This document shows positions 62,284-64,000 of a DNA stretch of 64,000 bases, piece after piece. The DNA is from Basidiobolus meristosporus CBS 931.73. Its lineage: Eukaryota > Fungi > Basidiobolomycota. Position 1 is the first letter of the stretch; each line of letters opens with the position of its first letter. Position numbers and translations under genes: made by a program. A model generated the notes under the pieces. That model ran no database searches. It saw nothing but the letters and a program-made list of their open reading frames with translations, and was not told the origin of the DNA. The stretch lies in contig MCFE01000350.1 of assembly GCA_002104905.1 (NCBI GenBank), positions 1 through 64,000 on the forward strand. Direction: 5' to 3'.

Positions 62284-64000
62284 TGTCATGATCACATGAC
62301 AACCATGAACACCCATGCCAAGTTTCAGCTTCCCAGCTCAATTTCTAAGAGATTCCTTCCGGAACCTTCTACCACCTTCCAGAAAGTTCCTGACCATTCC
62401 AAACCATTGTTACACAATGGAACATTCCATGGAAGCTTTCCATCGTATTTTTTATAGTCCAGTACCATATATGGAAATACCAGGTCACATGACTTAGTCA
62501 CATGATCAGGTGACCCAATCCATTTCCCCATCCTGTCTCAGTACCGTGTCATCTATGTCATTATCCCCAGCACCATTGCTGTGCCTCACCCCACAACCCC
62601 ATTAGTATTAGCTAACATCTCTCGGCATCAATATAGCCAAAAAGTATATATAGTCCTATCCCCCCTTAAGTATTCCTCAGTCTGATAAACACAGGTCTTG
62701 AATAAACAGCCTTGCCTTGAATCCTGCCTTGCCTTGATGGTCCACACCTAAGTCCTTTCCTGCCGTGCCTAGCTTTTCCTCCTGCCTTGTGTCTATTCAT
62801 AACAAATACTACTACCGCAAATCAGGCTACTTTCTAAATGGAGCCAAAGCCTATGTAGGCTCTATTTGGACTATCTGGCAATGCAGATATGCTTCATGGA
62901 GCCTCTTGTACCAAGTTATCAAGCCAGAAACCACAGAGAGCCTTGAAATTTCAACAGGATCTGTCAGATACTTTAGTATATATTAGAGCAGATTATTTAA
63001 TGCAGAAGTCATGATGTCTGCTGTCTATGGAGCTGAAGGAAAAAGGTGCAAGGATCAACCTAATGGGTTTTATGAAATCTGAAGTCACTGAAAAGATTGT
63101 GAGCTTTGCAAACCAAGCTCAAGGTTAAAAATAACTATCAGGAGAATGTGGATAATCAAAGCCCTTGTCAAGGAGAATCTCACTTCTAGAAGTCACCAGT
63201 ATCTACTCTACAGTATATTATGATAAGACAGACGCAGCTGTATCAGTCCAAATCAGTAGAAGTACTCTAAAAAATAGCTACCAAATATCCAATGGTACAT
63301 TCTGATACTAAACTGGGTAAATCAAGAAGCAAGTGGACTTTGAATCTACTGTAAATGAAACAATCAGTCTAAAGAAAGTTACTACAACTTAAGGAAAATA
63401 AATATGACCATTTTGGATCATTTTTGTGGGTCTGAATCACTAAATCAACATGGTTCAAGTGGGAGCAGGCCATCCCAGCTCAGAGTTGAGCAAAGCCTCC
63501 ATTTTGGCCATGTTTGTATGTGCCAGGAAATGAGGATAATCCTGATCAGGCATAAATGACAAAACCTTAACTTGGCCCAATATAGGTCAATTCTTTTACC
63601 TCATATAGAGTCTATATGATGGAAGCAACTGTTCCTGAGCCAAATATGGACATACAGTGAAGTTGTCTAAATGAATTAGACTTTTGCCCAGAAATAAGGA
63701 AACTGCAGATTTGCTGTAAATGACAAAACCTTAACTTGACCAAAAGTGGGTCAATTTTACTCTAACAAGAAACATTGAATAGCCCAGAGGCTATATATCA
63801 TTGTAACAGCCTCAGAACTGATAAAAGCAAATGATTAGTTTTTTGATCAGATCATTCTGAATTTTGGGCATATTATTAAGTGAATATGCACATTAAGTTC
63901 TTGCTCAATTAAGCTGAACACAAATGAATATATTCTTGGAAAATATATTAGTCCAGTATGCAACACATTTAAACTTTATATCTGTATTACAAACTGAACA

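Larger units (their letters stand above)
56902..62804 (+). mobile_element. Young intact Ty3/gypsy chromovirus, 5903 bp; LTRs 56902-57422 and 62284-62804
   Basis: 521-bp TG..CA LTRs with no difference seen, perfect 5-bp TSD aatac (56897-56901 / 62805-62809), open gag and pol. Confidence 0.98.
55234..64000 (+). mobile_element. Degenerate copia-like family B element: 5' LTR 55234-55581, PBS 55582-55593, decayed internal region split by the chromovirus; 3' LTR expected just beyond the window
   Basis: tgttg..gcagca LTR followed by ggctatgcgccc; the internal sequence rejoins across the TSD aatac; the 3' region is homologous to the sequence preceding the PPT in the inverted fragment. Confidence 0.75.

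Overview
Eukaryotic (fungal-type) genomic DNA with short GT-AG introns. The gene set and a bacterial-like DUF3291 gene suggest an early-diverging fungus such as Basidiobolus or a relative, but this taxonomy is inference only. Bases 1-48.3 kb are gene-dense. They hold two near-identical DUF3291 copies bracketing a U6 snRNA and a tRNA-Arg(CCU), a 7TM GPCR-like gene, Myb, bZIP and homeobox transcription factors, a rhomboid protease (PCP1), p23, and three tandem formate/nitrite channels. Also present are a CofD/YvcK-like gene, BUB3, YciI-like, ORC4, an LRR/SOCS-box-like gene, SLC1, a persulfide dioxygenase-like MBL, a Uds1-domain gene, an OFA-family MFS, EBP2, RPL37, CK2 beta, and two decayed copies of an F-box-like segment. 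Bases 48.6-64 kb are a CpG-depleted nest of LTR retrotransposons: an old Ty1/copia element, several solo or partial LTRs, and a short copia-like element interrupted by a very young intact chromovirus. That chromovirus has identical 521-bp LTRs and a perfect TSD, and shows a Tf1-type self-priming site and a -1 frameshift signal with a long-range pseudoknot. No CRISPR or rRNA was seen. All family calls come from motif recognition by eye; exon boundaries and counts are manual and unverified.
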